Source: Corallococcus caeni (lineage in GTDB: Bacteria > Myxococcota > Myxococcia > Myxococcales > Myxococcaceae). From it: 64,000 bases of DNA. Location of the stretch: assembly GCF_036245865.1 (NCBI RefSeq), contig NZ_BTTW01000008.1, positions 160,396 through 224,395 of the forward strand, in the 5' to 3' direction. The position numbers and the translations under genes were made by a program. Every line of letters starts with the position of its first letter. The first letter of the stretch is position 1. The notes below the pieces were generated by a model. That model worked only from the letters and a program-made list of their open reading frames with translations. It ran no database searches and was not told the DNA's origin. This document shows positions 17,982-26,592 of this stretch, piece by piece.

Positions 17982-20120
17982 GTGACGACACTCCCCCTCA
18001 TCCTGGTCTTCCGCTCCGCCATGCCGGAGGCGCTCCGCCGCGCGCTCGAGGAGGCGGGGCGGCTCCGCGGGTGTACGAGTCCCCACGAGGCGGCCCGCTC
18101 CATCAGGTCTGGCTGGGGCCAGGTGGTCATCTGCGACCGGGTGCCGGGCTGGCAGGCGCTCGTCGCTCGCGTCGAGAGCGCGGGAGGCGCGGCCATCCTC
18201 TGGGGCGCTCCCCCCACGCCGGAGGAGGGAAGGCAGCTCATCCCTCCCGGCGTGGAGGCGCTCGAGGACCCCGCCTCCATCCTCGACGCCGTCGCGCGCG
18301 CGGAGCGGCGCAGGCAGGCCCGCCTGGAGCGGGGCACCCCGGCTGACGTCCTCCCGCCTGGAGAGGCGGTGGAGCGGGCCATCCGCTTCACCCAGTCCAT
18401 CGCCAGCCAGGCCACCCTGCACGACGTCATCGCCGAGTCCATGGCGTGCGCGAGGGATCTGTGCGACGCGGATGGTGCCATGCTCCTGCTGGTCGACCCT
18501 GACACGGGCGACCTCTGCCTCCTGCCCCAGTGCGAGGGCACGGCGGCGCCGGCCCGGCTCCATCCAGACCAGGGGGTCGCCAGCAGGGTGGCCCGTGAGG
18601 CCCGGCCCCTGCTCGTGACGGACGCGGGCCCCGGTGCGGAGCTGTCCTCCTCGCACGGCGCCTTCGCCGGCTTCAGGCCGGGCTCGGTCGTCGCCGTTCC
18701 CCTCCTGTTCTCGGGGGATGTCATCGGCGTGCTCGAGGCCGTCCGTGGCGTGGACCGTCCCGCCTTCACCGCCAGGGAGCTTCGCTGCCTGGAGCAGCTG
18801 GCGCCGCACGTGGCCGTCTCGGTGCACAACACGCAGACGCGGCTGGCACTGTACGAGAGCCGGGAGGAGCTCCTCCGCTACAACCTCCGGCTGGAGGAGC
18901 GGGTGCGCGAGCGGACCGCGCAGATTGCCCGGGCCCAGCGCGAGTGGGTGGCCACGTTCGACTCCATCGGTGAGCCGGTGGCCTTGCAGGACGGCTTCAC
19001 CCTCCGGCGCGCCAACCTCGCCTATGCGCGTCGGGCCGGCGTGGCCGTGAAGGAGCTGCCGGGGAAGACCTGCCACGAGCTGCTCGCGAGGCGTGACAGC
19101 CCCTGCCCCGGCTGCCCCCTGGGCGCGCCGTCGAAGCCCCCCCTCTCGGGCGACATCCGCCTGCCAGATGGAACCGTCTTCACCTTCCACGGGTTCAAGC
19201 TGCTCGACGACACGGCGGGCGACTCCGTGGTGGTGCACTACCGCGACATCACCGCCAAGAAGCTCCTCGAAGCGAAGCTGCGGGAGAGCGAGCGACTCGC
19301 CTCGGTGGGACAGCTCGCCTCCGGAGCGGCGCACGAAATCAACAACCCGCTGGCCTTCATGGTCTCCAACCTGCGCAACCTCTCCGAGTCCCTCCAGGAG
19401 GTCTCCCAGCAACTCCAGGTCCTTCACGGCGCGGCGCGGGCGTTCGCCTCCGGGCAGCGGGGCGACGCGGAGCGCGCCCTCTGCGGCGTGGACTTCGAGG
19501 CGCTCGACGGGGAACTGCGGGAAGGACTCGTCATGATTGACGAGTCGCTCGCCGGAGGGGAGCGGGTCGGCAACATCGTTCGCAGCCTCCGCGAGCTGTC
19601 GCGGCTCGAGATGACCCGTGAGGAGCTCACGCGCGTCAATGACTCCGTCCTCCGCTCGGTGCGGGCGGAGTTCGGGGAGGACGCGCGGGCCGTGGGGCTG
19701 GAGCTGTCCGCGCGCGCGCGGACCTGGCTGTCTCCGCTCCACCTGGACCAGGCCCTCGGGCACGTGCTGCGCAATGCGCGTCAGGCGATCCAACCCGGGC
19801 AGCGCGTCTTCGTGAGGACCTGGGATGAAGAGCGGACCGTCGTCATCGAGGTTCAAGACGAGGGCCGCGGCATTCCCCAGGAGTGCCTGGGCCGGGTCTT
19901 CGAGCCGTTCTTCACGGTGGCTGGAATCGGCAGGAGCGTGGGGCTGGGCCTGACGGCGGCCCATGGCATCGTCGAGCGCAGCGGCGGCACCATCGACATC
20001 CAGTCCCGCGTCCACCACGGCACCACCGTCCGCATCACGCTGCCACGCGCGGAGGCCCCCGCCTTCCCCGCCAGCGCCGAGGGCCTCGGCCCGGACGCCG
20101 TAGCCGAAGCGGCTGTTTGA
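17982..20120 (+). CDS. Sensor histidine kinase (degenerate receiver-like N-terminus, GAF, PAS, HisKA, HATPase_c)
   Basis: It has a GAF region, a PAS region with CHx10PCPGC, the H-box [11 protein letters not shown], and N/G boxes. It starts with GTG. Confidence 0.85.
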   Translation: MTTLPLILVFRSAMPEALRRALEEAGRLRGCTSPHEAARSIRSGWGQVVICDRVPGWQALVARVESAGGAAILWGAPPTPEEGRQLIPPGVEALEDPASILDAVARAERRRQARLERGTPADVLPPGEAVERAIRFTQSIASQATLHDVIAESMACARDLCDADGAMLLLVDPDTGDLCLLPQCEGTAAPARLHPDQGVASRVAREARPLLVTDAGPGAELSSSHGAFAGFRPGSVVAVPLLFSGDVIGVLEAVRGVDRPAFTARELRCLEQLAPHVAVSVHNTQTRLALYESREELLRYNLRLEERVRERTAQIARAQREWVATFDSIGEPVALQDGFTLRRANLAYARRAGVAVKELPGKTCHELLARRDSPCPGCPLGAPSKPPLSGDIRLPDGTVFTFHGFKLLDDTAGDSVVVHYRDITAKKLLEAKLRESERLASVGQLASGAAHEINNPLAFMVSNLRNLSESLQEVSQQLQVLHGAARAFASGQRGDAERALCGVDFEALDGELREGLVMIDESLAGGERVGNIVRSLRELSRLEMTREELTRVNDSVLRSVRAEFGEDARAVGLELSARARTWLSPLHLDQALGHVLRNARQAIQPGQRVFVRTWDEERTVVIEVQDEGRGIPQECLGRVFEPFFTVAGIGRSVGLGLTAAHGIVERSGGTIDIQSRVHHGTTVRITLPRAEAPAFPASAEGLGPDAVAEAAV

Positions 20121-20334
20121 CCCGGCGGGCCTTCGCGGCTCCCACGCCTGCCCTCGCGGCGCGGGTCGGATCCTGCCGGGTGGAAGACGACCCGTTACCA
20201 CGGGCAGACCCGCTGACTGATGAACAGCCGCGCACCGCGGCCCCCCGACGCCGTGCGCCGGGGGCAGCGGCACACGTCTCGCATTGGTGGAATTTGGAAA
20301 TTCAAACACATGCGTTGCATTGGAGGGTGCGTAC

Positions 20335-20634
20335 ATGTCTGTTACTTCCTGCCGCCAGGGTTCGGCCGAGTCACGGGTCCCAGACATCCAGGCAACGGCC
20401 CGGGCGGTCCTCACCGAGGGCCTCACGCAGCTCGCCGACCCGGCGGCCCCGCGCCAGCGTCAGGCCATCATCCTGCTCGTCTGGCTGGTCGCCCGCCTCA
20501 CGGGAACCCATGACCTGGCTGCTGCCTCACGGCTGTGGACGGCCATGCAGGAGAACGGGACGGCCGTCTTCCAGGGACTCCGCCTGCGCTTCGATCCGGC
20601 GGGGCCCGGCTCGCCCATCTCGGTCGAGACCTGA
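20335..20634 (+). CDS. Small hypothetical protein (weak call)
   Basis: This is an internal ATG of track ORF 20284..20634. It follows an AT-rich inverted repeat, and the third codon position is GC-rich. Confidence 0.3.
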   Translation: MSVTSCRQGSAESRVPDIQATARAVLTEGLTQLADPAAPRQRQAIILLVWLVARLTGTHDLAAASRLWTAMQENGTAVFQGLRLRFDPAGPGSPISVET

Positions 20635-21105
20635 ATGGCGCGCACCTCACACATCGTCTTGCGCTCCGGTGGCGCTGGCGCGCCGCCAGGCCTGAGGCTC
20701 ATCCTGCGACTGGGGTTGACGAGTGACGAATTGCTGCCCGTCCTCCAGCTCGCGGAGCGAGCGCCGGAGCAGCTTCGCGTGGGCCTGACCGAGCACCTGT
20801 CACGTGGGGAGCACTGCCTCCTGGGCGCCTCGGCGGCCGGGCCGGGGCTGGCGATGGGCCTCCTGGCCTCCGGTGCGCCCATGCCCGCCCTGCTCGCGGC
20901 GGGGATGCTGTCCGTCGTGTCGGGGCTCGCCTTCCTCGCGCTCTGGCCGTGGCGCCTGCGCGCCATCGTCGTGCGCCGGGCCCGTGCGGCGCCGGGATTT
21001 CCCCTGAGCCTCTCGCTGAACCCATCCACGAAGCTTCCGCACCCGGTGACTCCCTCGCATGTCCTGCTCGCATCCAGGCCAGGGAAGAATCCTCGTCGTC
21101 GGTGA
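20635..21105 (+). CDS. Hypothetical small membrane protein (weak call)
   Basis: The 156-aa ORF starts at the stop of the previous small ORF (TGAATG). It has hydrophobic segments and overlaps the start of the next gene. Confidence 0.25.
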   Translation: MARTSHIVLRSGGAGAPPGLRLILRLGLTSDELLPVLQLAERAPEQLRVGLTEHLSRGEHCLLGASAAGPGLAMGLLASGAPMPALLAAGMLSVVSGLAFLALWPWRLRAIVVRRARAAPGFPLSLSLNPSTKLPHPVTPSHVLLASRPGKNPRRR

Positions 21106-22189
21106 CAGCGCTGGCTCGCTCCATGGCGAGCAGGCGGTTGTTACCGGTGCGGGCTACACCGTCACGCCCGTCTCCGGCGGTGACGGGGCGCTCGCGGCGT
21201 TCGAGGCCCAGCCCCACGACCTCGTCCTCATCGACCTCGTAACCACCGGGCATGCGGGGCTCCAGACCTGCTCTCGCTTGAGGTCCGTGCCGTCCGCGCG
21301 CCACACGCCGGTGGTCTTCCTGGCCGCTCCGAACGACTCGCCGACCTTGCGCGAGGCGCTGCGGTGCGGGGCGGATGACCTCCTGCTCAGGCCGGTCCAT
21401 CCGGCCGCGCTGCTCCTGCGCGTCCGGTCGCTCCTGCGCGGCTCGCTGCTCCACGGGGAGCTGGCGCGAGAGTGCGCGCGCCTGCGGCAGCGGCTCGATG
21501 AGGCCTACATCGCGCGTCGGCAGAAGGAGGAGCTGACGGAGCTGGCGGTGCATGACCTCAAGAACCCGTTGGCCTGCATCGAGGCGAACGTGCGCTACCT
21601 GCTGGCGGAGGACGCCTCGGAGGTCCTGGAGTCCCTGCGGGACATCCTCACGGCCTCCGAGTCGATGCAGCGGCTGGTGATGGACCTGATGGACCTCAGC
21701 AGGGGCGAGGTCCGCCAGCTCACCCCGAAGCTGGCCCCGGTCGACCTGGTCCCGCTGGTGCGCGAGGTGTGCACCTCGATGCGGCGGCGGGCGGATGAGC
21801 GACGTCAGCGCTTCGAGTTCTCCCCCAGCGCCCACCCGGGCCGCGTCCTGGCGGACCAGGACCTCCTGAGGCGCATGCTGGAGAACCTGCTCGACAACTG
21901 TCTCAAGTACGCGCCTCCGGGGAGCGCCATCCAGATAGCGGCGCGGTCCGTGTGCGCGGGCTTCCTCGACGTGTGCATCTGCGACCAGGGGCCCGGGATT
22001 CCTCCCGCGCTGCGCAAGAAGGTCTTCGAGAGGTACACGCGGCTCGACACCGCGGGCCACGCGGGCGGCCACGGCGTCGGGCTGGCCTTCTGTCAGCTCG
22101 CCGCGGAGGCCCACGGCGGCCGCATCTGGGTCGAGGACAACGCGCCGGTCGGCAGCATGTTCTGCTTGCGACTGCGCGCCGCCCAATGA
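21059..22189 (+). CDS. Hybrid response regulator / histidine kinase (REC, HisKA, HATPase_c)
   Basis: The N-terminal receiver (RILVVGD...DLVLIDL...) is followed by the H-box AVHDLKNPLACI and N/G boxes. Confidence 0.8.
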   Translation: MSCSHPGQGRILVVGDSAGSLHGEQAVVTGAGYTVTPVSGGDGALAAFEAQPHDLVLIDLVTTGHAGLQTCSRLRSVPSARHTPVVFLAAPNDSPTLREALRCGADDLLLRPVHPAALLLRVRSLLRGSLLHGELARECARLRQRLDEAYIARRQKEELTELAVHDLKNPLACIEANVRYLLAEDASEVLESLRDILTASESMQRLVMDLMDLSRGEVRQLTPKLAPVDLVPLVREVCTSMRRRADERRQRFEFSPSAHPGRVLADQDLLRRMLENLLDNCLKYAPPGSAIQIAARSVCAGFLDVCICDQGPGIPPALRKKVFERYTRLDTAGHAGGHGVGLAFCQLAAEAHGGRIWVEDNAPVGSMFCLRLRAAQ

Positions 22190-22483
22190 GCCCCGCGTGC
22201 CCGACGGGTCAAACACCTCGAAGCGGTGCAACTCCAACCCGCTCGGTCGCTTCCCATGTCTGGGCTCCACTTCTTCACTCGGGAAAAGCCTGGCGCGCGG
22301 CGAGGACTCCGGCCCCGAAGGGTGGACTTCGACCTTGCGGCATCCGCGGATTCCCGTCGCGCACGGCCGGCCGGCGGGCGTCGCCCCGGCGGGAATGCGC
22401 TGGCACGGCGAATGAAAGGACAGACATCCGCCGGTGAACACAAACACCGCGCTTCGCAGTCCTACTCCCACGATTGGAACACC

Positions 22484-22996
22484 ATGAAGTCCCCCCAGCG
22501 TCTCGCCCTCACCCTCGCCGGAGTCGTCGCCCTGTCCTCGCCCGCGGTCGCCGCCACCGCGACGAGCAACCTGGACGTCTCCGCCAGCGTGGCGGCCAAC
22601 TGCCTCATCAGCACGGCCGCGGTCGCCTTCGGCGCTTATGACCCGGTCTCCGCCAACGCCTCCACCGCGCTCACCGGCACCGGCTCCGTGTCCGTCACGT
22701 GCACCAGCGGCTCGGGAGCCACCATCACGCTGGGCCAGGGCGACAACGCGGATGCGGCCTCCACCGACGCGGCCCCGCTGCGCCGCATGAGCGACGGCGC
22801 GGCCAACGTCCTGTCGTACGGCCTCTACCAGGACGCGGGCCGCACCACCGAGTGGGGTAACACCGCCGGGACGGGCGTGGCGCACCTGGGCACCGGCAGC
22901 GCCACCAGCATCACGGTGTACGGCAGCATCCCCGCCGGCCAGAGCGTGCCGGTCGGTGCCTACGCCGACACCGTCCTCGCCACCATCACCTTCTAG
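22484..22996 (+). CDS. Spore coat protein U (SCPU) domain protein, a Csu/archaic chaperone-usher pilin-like subunit (McuA-like)
   Basis: The 170-aa protein has a signal peptide (MKSPQRLALTLAGVVALSSPAVA) and an SCPU-type sequence ending ...TVLATITF. The start is the internal ATG of track ORF 22226..22996. Confidence 0.8.
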   Translation: MKSPQRLALTLAGVVALSSPAVAATATSNLDVSASVAANCLISTAAVAFGAYDPVSANASTALTGTGSVSVTCTSGSGATITLGQGDNADAASTDAAPLRRMSDGAANVLSYGLYQDAGRTTEWGNTAGTGVAHLGTGSATSITVYGSIPAGQSVPVGAYADTVLATITF

Positions 22997-23010
22997 GCCA
23001 GGGCCTTCCG

Positions 23011-23778
23011 ATGATGCGCATGGCTCGGCCCGCCCGCTCCTTCCCCACGCTCCTCCTGGGGCTCCTGCTGCTCGTCACCACGGGCGCCGGGGCTTCCGAC
23101 TTCCAGGTCAGCCCGGTCCGCGTGGACGTCGGTGACCGGGTGCGCTCCGCGCTGCTGACGGTGCGCAACCAGGGCCAGGAGCCGCTCCGGCTCCAGGTCA
23201 CCGCGTTCGCCTGGGACCAGGACTCGCGCGGAGAGCAGCGGCTCACCGCGACGACGGATGTCTCGTTCTTCCCCTCCCTCCTGTCGTTGGAGGCGGGAGA
23301 GGTGCGGAACATCCGGGTCGGAGTGGCGGGAGCTCCGGGCGCGACCGAGCGCACGTACCGGCTCATCATCGAGCAGCTTCCGCCGCTCGTCCGCGGCGGA
23401 AGCTCGCCTCCGGGCATCCGCGTCCTCACGCGGATGTCCATCCCCGTCTTCATGGCCCCGGTTCGCGGCGCGGGTATCGGGGGCATCCGCGCGCCCTGCC
23501 TCAAGGCAGGCGCCGTCGCCTTCTCCGTCTACAACAAAGGCACCGCCCACTTCCTCGTGCAATCCGTGCACGTCCGCGGGCTGGACGCGGCGGGGGCCGT
23601 CGTCATGGAGCGGCAGCTCCCCGGCTGGTACGTGCTCGCCGGCGGCCGGCGGGACTACACGCTCGACCTTACCGCGCCTCTCGTCCGCCAGATCCGCCGC
23701 ATCACGGTGGACGCGCGGACGGACGTCTCCAACCTCTCCGGCAGCTTCGACGTGGCTGCTGGCGTCTGCTCCTCCTGA
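23011..23778 (+). CDS. Periplasmic pilus chaperone (PapD/CsuC-like)
   Basis: The 255-aa protein has a signal peptide and a two-domain chaperone-like sequence. It lies between the SCPU subunit and the usher. Confidence 0.75.
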   Translation: MMRMARPARSFPTLLLGLLLLVTTGAGASDFQVSPVRVDVGDRVRSALLTVRNQGQEPLRLQVTAFAWDQDSRGEQRLTATTDVSFFPSLLSLEAGEVRNIRVGVAGAPGATERTYRLIIEQLPPLVRGGSSPPGIRVLTRMSIPVFMAPVRGAGIGGIRAPCLKAGAVAFSVYNKGTAHFLVQSVHVRGLDAAGAVVMERQLPGWYVLAGGRRDYTLDLTAPLVRQIRRITVDARTDVSNLSGSFDVAAGVCSS

Positions 23779-23781
23779 GCG

Positions 23782-26127
23782 ATGGCGTGCTCCAGCCCCC
23801 AGCCCGCCCGGCCCCGCCGCGCGCCCGTCGCCGTCCTCTCGTGGGTGCTCTGGCTCTGGCTCGCCGCGCTTCCCGCGGCGGCCCTGCCCCCCGCGCCGGA
23901 GGAGCGGCTGGTGCTGGCGCTGGAGGTCAACGGAGTGGCCCGCGGTGAAGTCTTCCCGCTGCGCAGCGACGGGCGGCTGCTCATGGAGAGCGGGGAGTTG
24001 CTCCGCGCGGGCATCCTCCCTTCCATGCTGCCCGGCCGCCGCGAGACGCGTGACGGGCGCACGTACCTCGTCCTGGACGAGGCCGCGCCCGACCTGCGCT
24101 ACACGCTCGACGAGCGGCGGGCCCTGCTCCGCGTCACCGTCTCCCTCGCCGCGCTTCCCCTGTCGTTCGTGGACCTGCGTGCCGGCGCGCGGCCGGACGC
24201 GCTGGAGGTCTCCCAGCCCGCCAGCGGCTTCCTCAACTACGCCGCGCGCATGGTGGGAAGCCGGCTGTCGCTGCAGGCCGATGCCGGCGCGAGCCTGCGC
24301 GGCGCGCTCCTCACCACCACGGCCTCCTGGGCGCCGGGGGCACCGCCCGTCCGCGGGCTGACGCGGCTCTCCTTCGACGAACCGTCCCGGCTGCTGCGCT
24401 GGACCTTCGGGGACGCCATCACCTCCGGCGGTCCGCTCGGCGGCGGCGCGGTGCTGGCCGGCCTCCACGTGTCGCGCGAGTTCGGGCTGGACCCCTATGG
24501 CGTCTACGTCCCCACCGTCGGGCGGGTGGAGGGTGTCTCGACGCCGTCCACGCTGGAGGTCTACGTCAACGACATGCTCGTGCGCCGGCTCGAGCTGCCG
24601 CCCGGCCCCGTCTCGCTGCAGGACCTGCCGCTGGCGCGCGGCGCCAACCAGGCCCGGTATGTGATTCGGGATGCCTTTGGCCGCACGCGCGAGGTGACCG
24701 AGCGCTTCTACCTGGCGTCCGACTTGCTGGCGCCAGGGTACAGCGACCTGGCGCTGTCCGCGGGCTTCCGCCGGGAGCACCTGTCCACGGCCAGCTTCGA
24801 CTACGGCCCCCCGGCGCTCATCGCGCGGTACCGCCGGGGCATGAGCTCGGGCTCCACGGTGGGCGCCCGGCTGGAGGCCGCGCTGGACCGCGTCAGCGGC
24901 GGTCCGGAGCTCGCGCGCGGGCTGCCCGTGGGAGAGCTGTCCCTGTCGCTGTCCGGCAGCTTCGCGGACGGGCACGCGGGGGCGGCGGGCCAGCTGAAGT
25001 ATGCCTTCCTGGGCCGCCAGCTCGGCCTCGGCCTCTTCGCTCGCGCCATGAGCAGGGGCTACTCGACGGTGAGCCTCGAACCGGAGGAGGACCGCCCGTT
25101 GCTGGAGGCGGGGGGCTCGGTGACCACGTCGCTCGGGCGCGTCGGCTCGGTGGGCGTCCAGGGCTCCGCGTCGTCCTGGAAGGGACAGGGCCGCGCGTTC
25201 CGCGTCACCGCGCTCGGCGGCGCGCGGCTGACGCGCACGCTCTCGCTCGCTGTCTCGGCGGGCCGGGCCGCGGGGCCGGGCCAGCCCGCCGCGTGGGAGG
25301 GGCAGCTGTCGCTGAGCCTCGTGCTCGGCGCGCACGCCACGGCCAGACTCTGGCGGGAGCAGGGCGAGCGGCAGGGCTCCACGGCGATGGACGTGCTGCG
25401 CACGCCTCCCGTGGGCGGAGGGTGGGGCTATCGGGTGCAGGGACAGCACGGCGTCCAGGACTTGCTCGATGCGAGCGCCGAGTACCAGGGCACCGCCGGA
25501 CGCGCCGCCGCGGGCGCCGAGTGGCGCGAGGGCGTGCTGACCCCGCGGGCCGAGGTGTCCGGCGCGCTCGTCGCCATGGATGGCGAGGTGCTGCCCACCC
25601 GCTCCGTCGAGCAGGGCTTCGCGCTCGTGCGCGTCCCCGGCGCGGCCCACGTCCAGGTCCGCCTCAACAACCAGGACGTCGGGAGGACGAATGCGTCCGG
25701 GGCCGCCATCGTTCCCGGGCTGCTGCCCTACTACGCGAACCGCGTCTCCATCTCCGAACAGGACCTGCCCCCGGAGTTCGCCGTCGCGGAGGTCGAGCAC
25801 GCCGTGGCGCCCGTGTTCCGTGGAGGGGCGCTCGTGCGCTTCGACGCCCGGCGCTTCCGGGCGCTCCGGGGCACGGTCGTCCTCAAGGGGCCGGGCGGGC
25901 CCGTGATCCCCTCGTTCGGTGAGCTCGCCGTCACGCTCGACGCCGTGCGCGGGCTGGAGCGGCGCTCGCCCCTGGGCCGCCAGGGCGAGTTCGAGCTGGA
26001 GGGCCTGGAGCCGGGGCTCTACCGGGCGACCGTCGAGTCCCCCGGCGGCACCTGCGTGTTCATCCTCACCGTGCCCTCCGGCGGGCCCGACATCACCGAA
26101 CTGGGACAACTGAGATGCGGAAGATGA
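23782..26127 (+). CDS. Outer-membrane fimbrial usher (CsuD/FimD-like)
   Basis: The 781-aa protein has a signal peptide. Its size and position after the chaperone fit an usher. Confidence 0.75.
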   Translation: MACSSPQPARPRRAPVAVLSWVLWLWLAALPAAALPPAPEERLVLALEVNGVARGEVFPLRSDGRLLMESGELLRAGILPSMLPGRRETRDGRTYLVLDEAAPDLRYTLDERRALLRVTVSLAALPLSFVDLRAGARPDALEVSQPASGFLNYAARMVGSRLSLQADAGASLRGALLTTTASWAPGAPPVRGLTRLSFDEPSRLLRWTFGDAITSGGPLGGGAVLAGLHVSREFGLDPYGVYVPTVGRVEGVSTPSTLEVYVNDMLVRRLELPPGPVSLQDLPLARGANQARYVIRDAFGRTREVTERFYLASDLLAPGYSDLALSAGFRREHLSTASFDYGPPALIARYRRGMSSGSTVGARLEAALDRVSGGPELARGLPVGELSLSLSGSFADGHAGAAGQLKYAFLGRQLGLGLFARAMSRGYSTVSLEPEEDRPLLEAGGSVTTSLGRVGSVGVQGSASSWKGQGRAFRVTALGGARLTRTLSLAVSAGRAAGPGQPAAWEGQLSLSLVLGAHATARLWREQGERQGSTAMDVLRTPPVGGGWGYRVQGQHGVQDLLDASAEYQGTAGRAAAGAEWREGVLTPRAEVSGALVAMDGEVLPTRSVEQGFALVRVPGAAHVQVRLNNQDVGRTNASGAAIVPGLLPYYANRVSISEQDLPPEFAVAEVEHAVAPVFRGGALVRFDARRFRALRGTVVLKGPGGPVIPSFGELAVTLDAVRGLERRSPLGRQGEFELEGLEPGLYRATVESPGGTCVFILTVPSGGPDITELGQLRCGR

Positions 26128-26588
26128 AGCACGCCGTTATCAGGAGCGGCTGGGCCGTGGCGTTGCTGGCCGTGCTCCAAGCGCCTCTCGCGGGCGCCGA
26201 GCCCGTCTGCTCGCTTGACGTCGTGGGCTGCGGCTTCGGTCCGTACGACGTCTTCAGCACGGCGCCACGGGACTCGACGGGGAGCATCACCGTGTCGTGC
26301 CAGGGGAGCACGGGCCCCGTCCCCGTGACGCTCACGCTGGATGCGGGGTGGTCCGGAGACGCCGCGCGCCGGACCATGAGCAGCGGGGCGGGAGCGCTCG
26401 AATACAACCTCTTCGTAGACGCGTCCCGCACCCAGGTCTGGGGCGATGGGTTCTCCGGCACGTCGAACCGGCAGCTCAGCGTCGACGGAAGCCCCGTGAC
26501 GGTCTCCGTCTTCGGGCGCATCCCCGAAGGCCAGGTGGTGCCCCCCGGCACCTACGCCGACACGGTGGTGGTGACGGTGAGCTTCTGA
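26115..26588 (+). CDS. Second SCPU-domain subunit (tip/minor subunit-like)
   Basis: The 157-aa protein has a signal peptide. It is a paralogue of the 22484 protein and ends ...TVVVTVSF. Confidence 0.8.
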   Translation: MRKMKHAVIRSGWAVALLAVLQAPLAGAEPVCSLDVVGCGFGPYDVFSTAPRDSTGSITVSCQGSTGPVPVTLTLDAGWSGDAARRTMSSGAGALEYNLFVDASRTQVWGDGFSGTSNRQLSVDGSPVTVSVFGRIPEGQVVPPGTYADTVVVTVSF

Positions 26589-26592
26589 AGGA

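Noticed and set aside
20289-20320. Sigma-54-like TGGAAA...TTGCA in the AT-rich island
   Set aside because: The spacing between the GG and GC dinucleotides is about 20 nt rather than the required 10.
17379-20426. 1015-aa minus-strand ORF
   Set aside because: It is antisense to the response-regulator and histidine-kinase genes, which have clear domain content. The translation is low complexity.
22400-22430. Possible sigma-54 promoter (TGGCACGGCGAATGAA) upstream of the first SCPU gene
   Set aside because: The -24 TGGCAC is present, but the -12 position has GA rather than the conserved GC at the correct spacing. It is not convincing without a PWM scan.
20699-22885. 728-aa minus-strand ORF
   Set aside because: It is antisense to the hybrid kinase and the SCPU gene. 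The product is Gly/Arg-rich junk.
22993-26109. 1038-aa minus-strand ORF
   Set aside because: It is antisense to the chaperone and usher genes.
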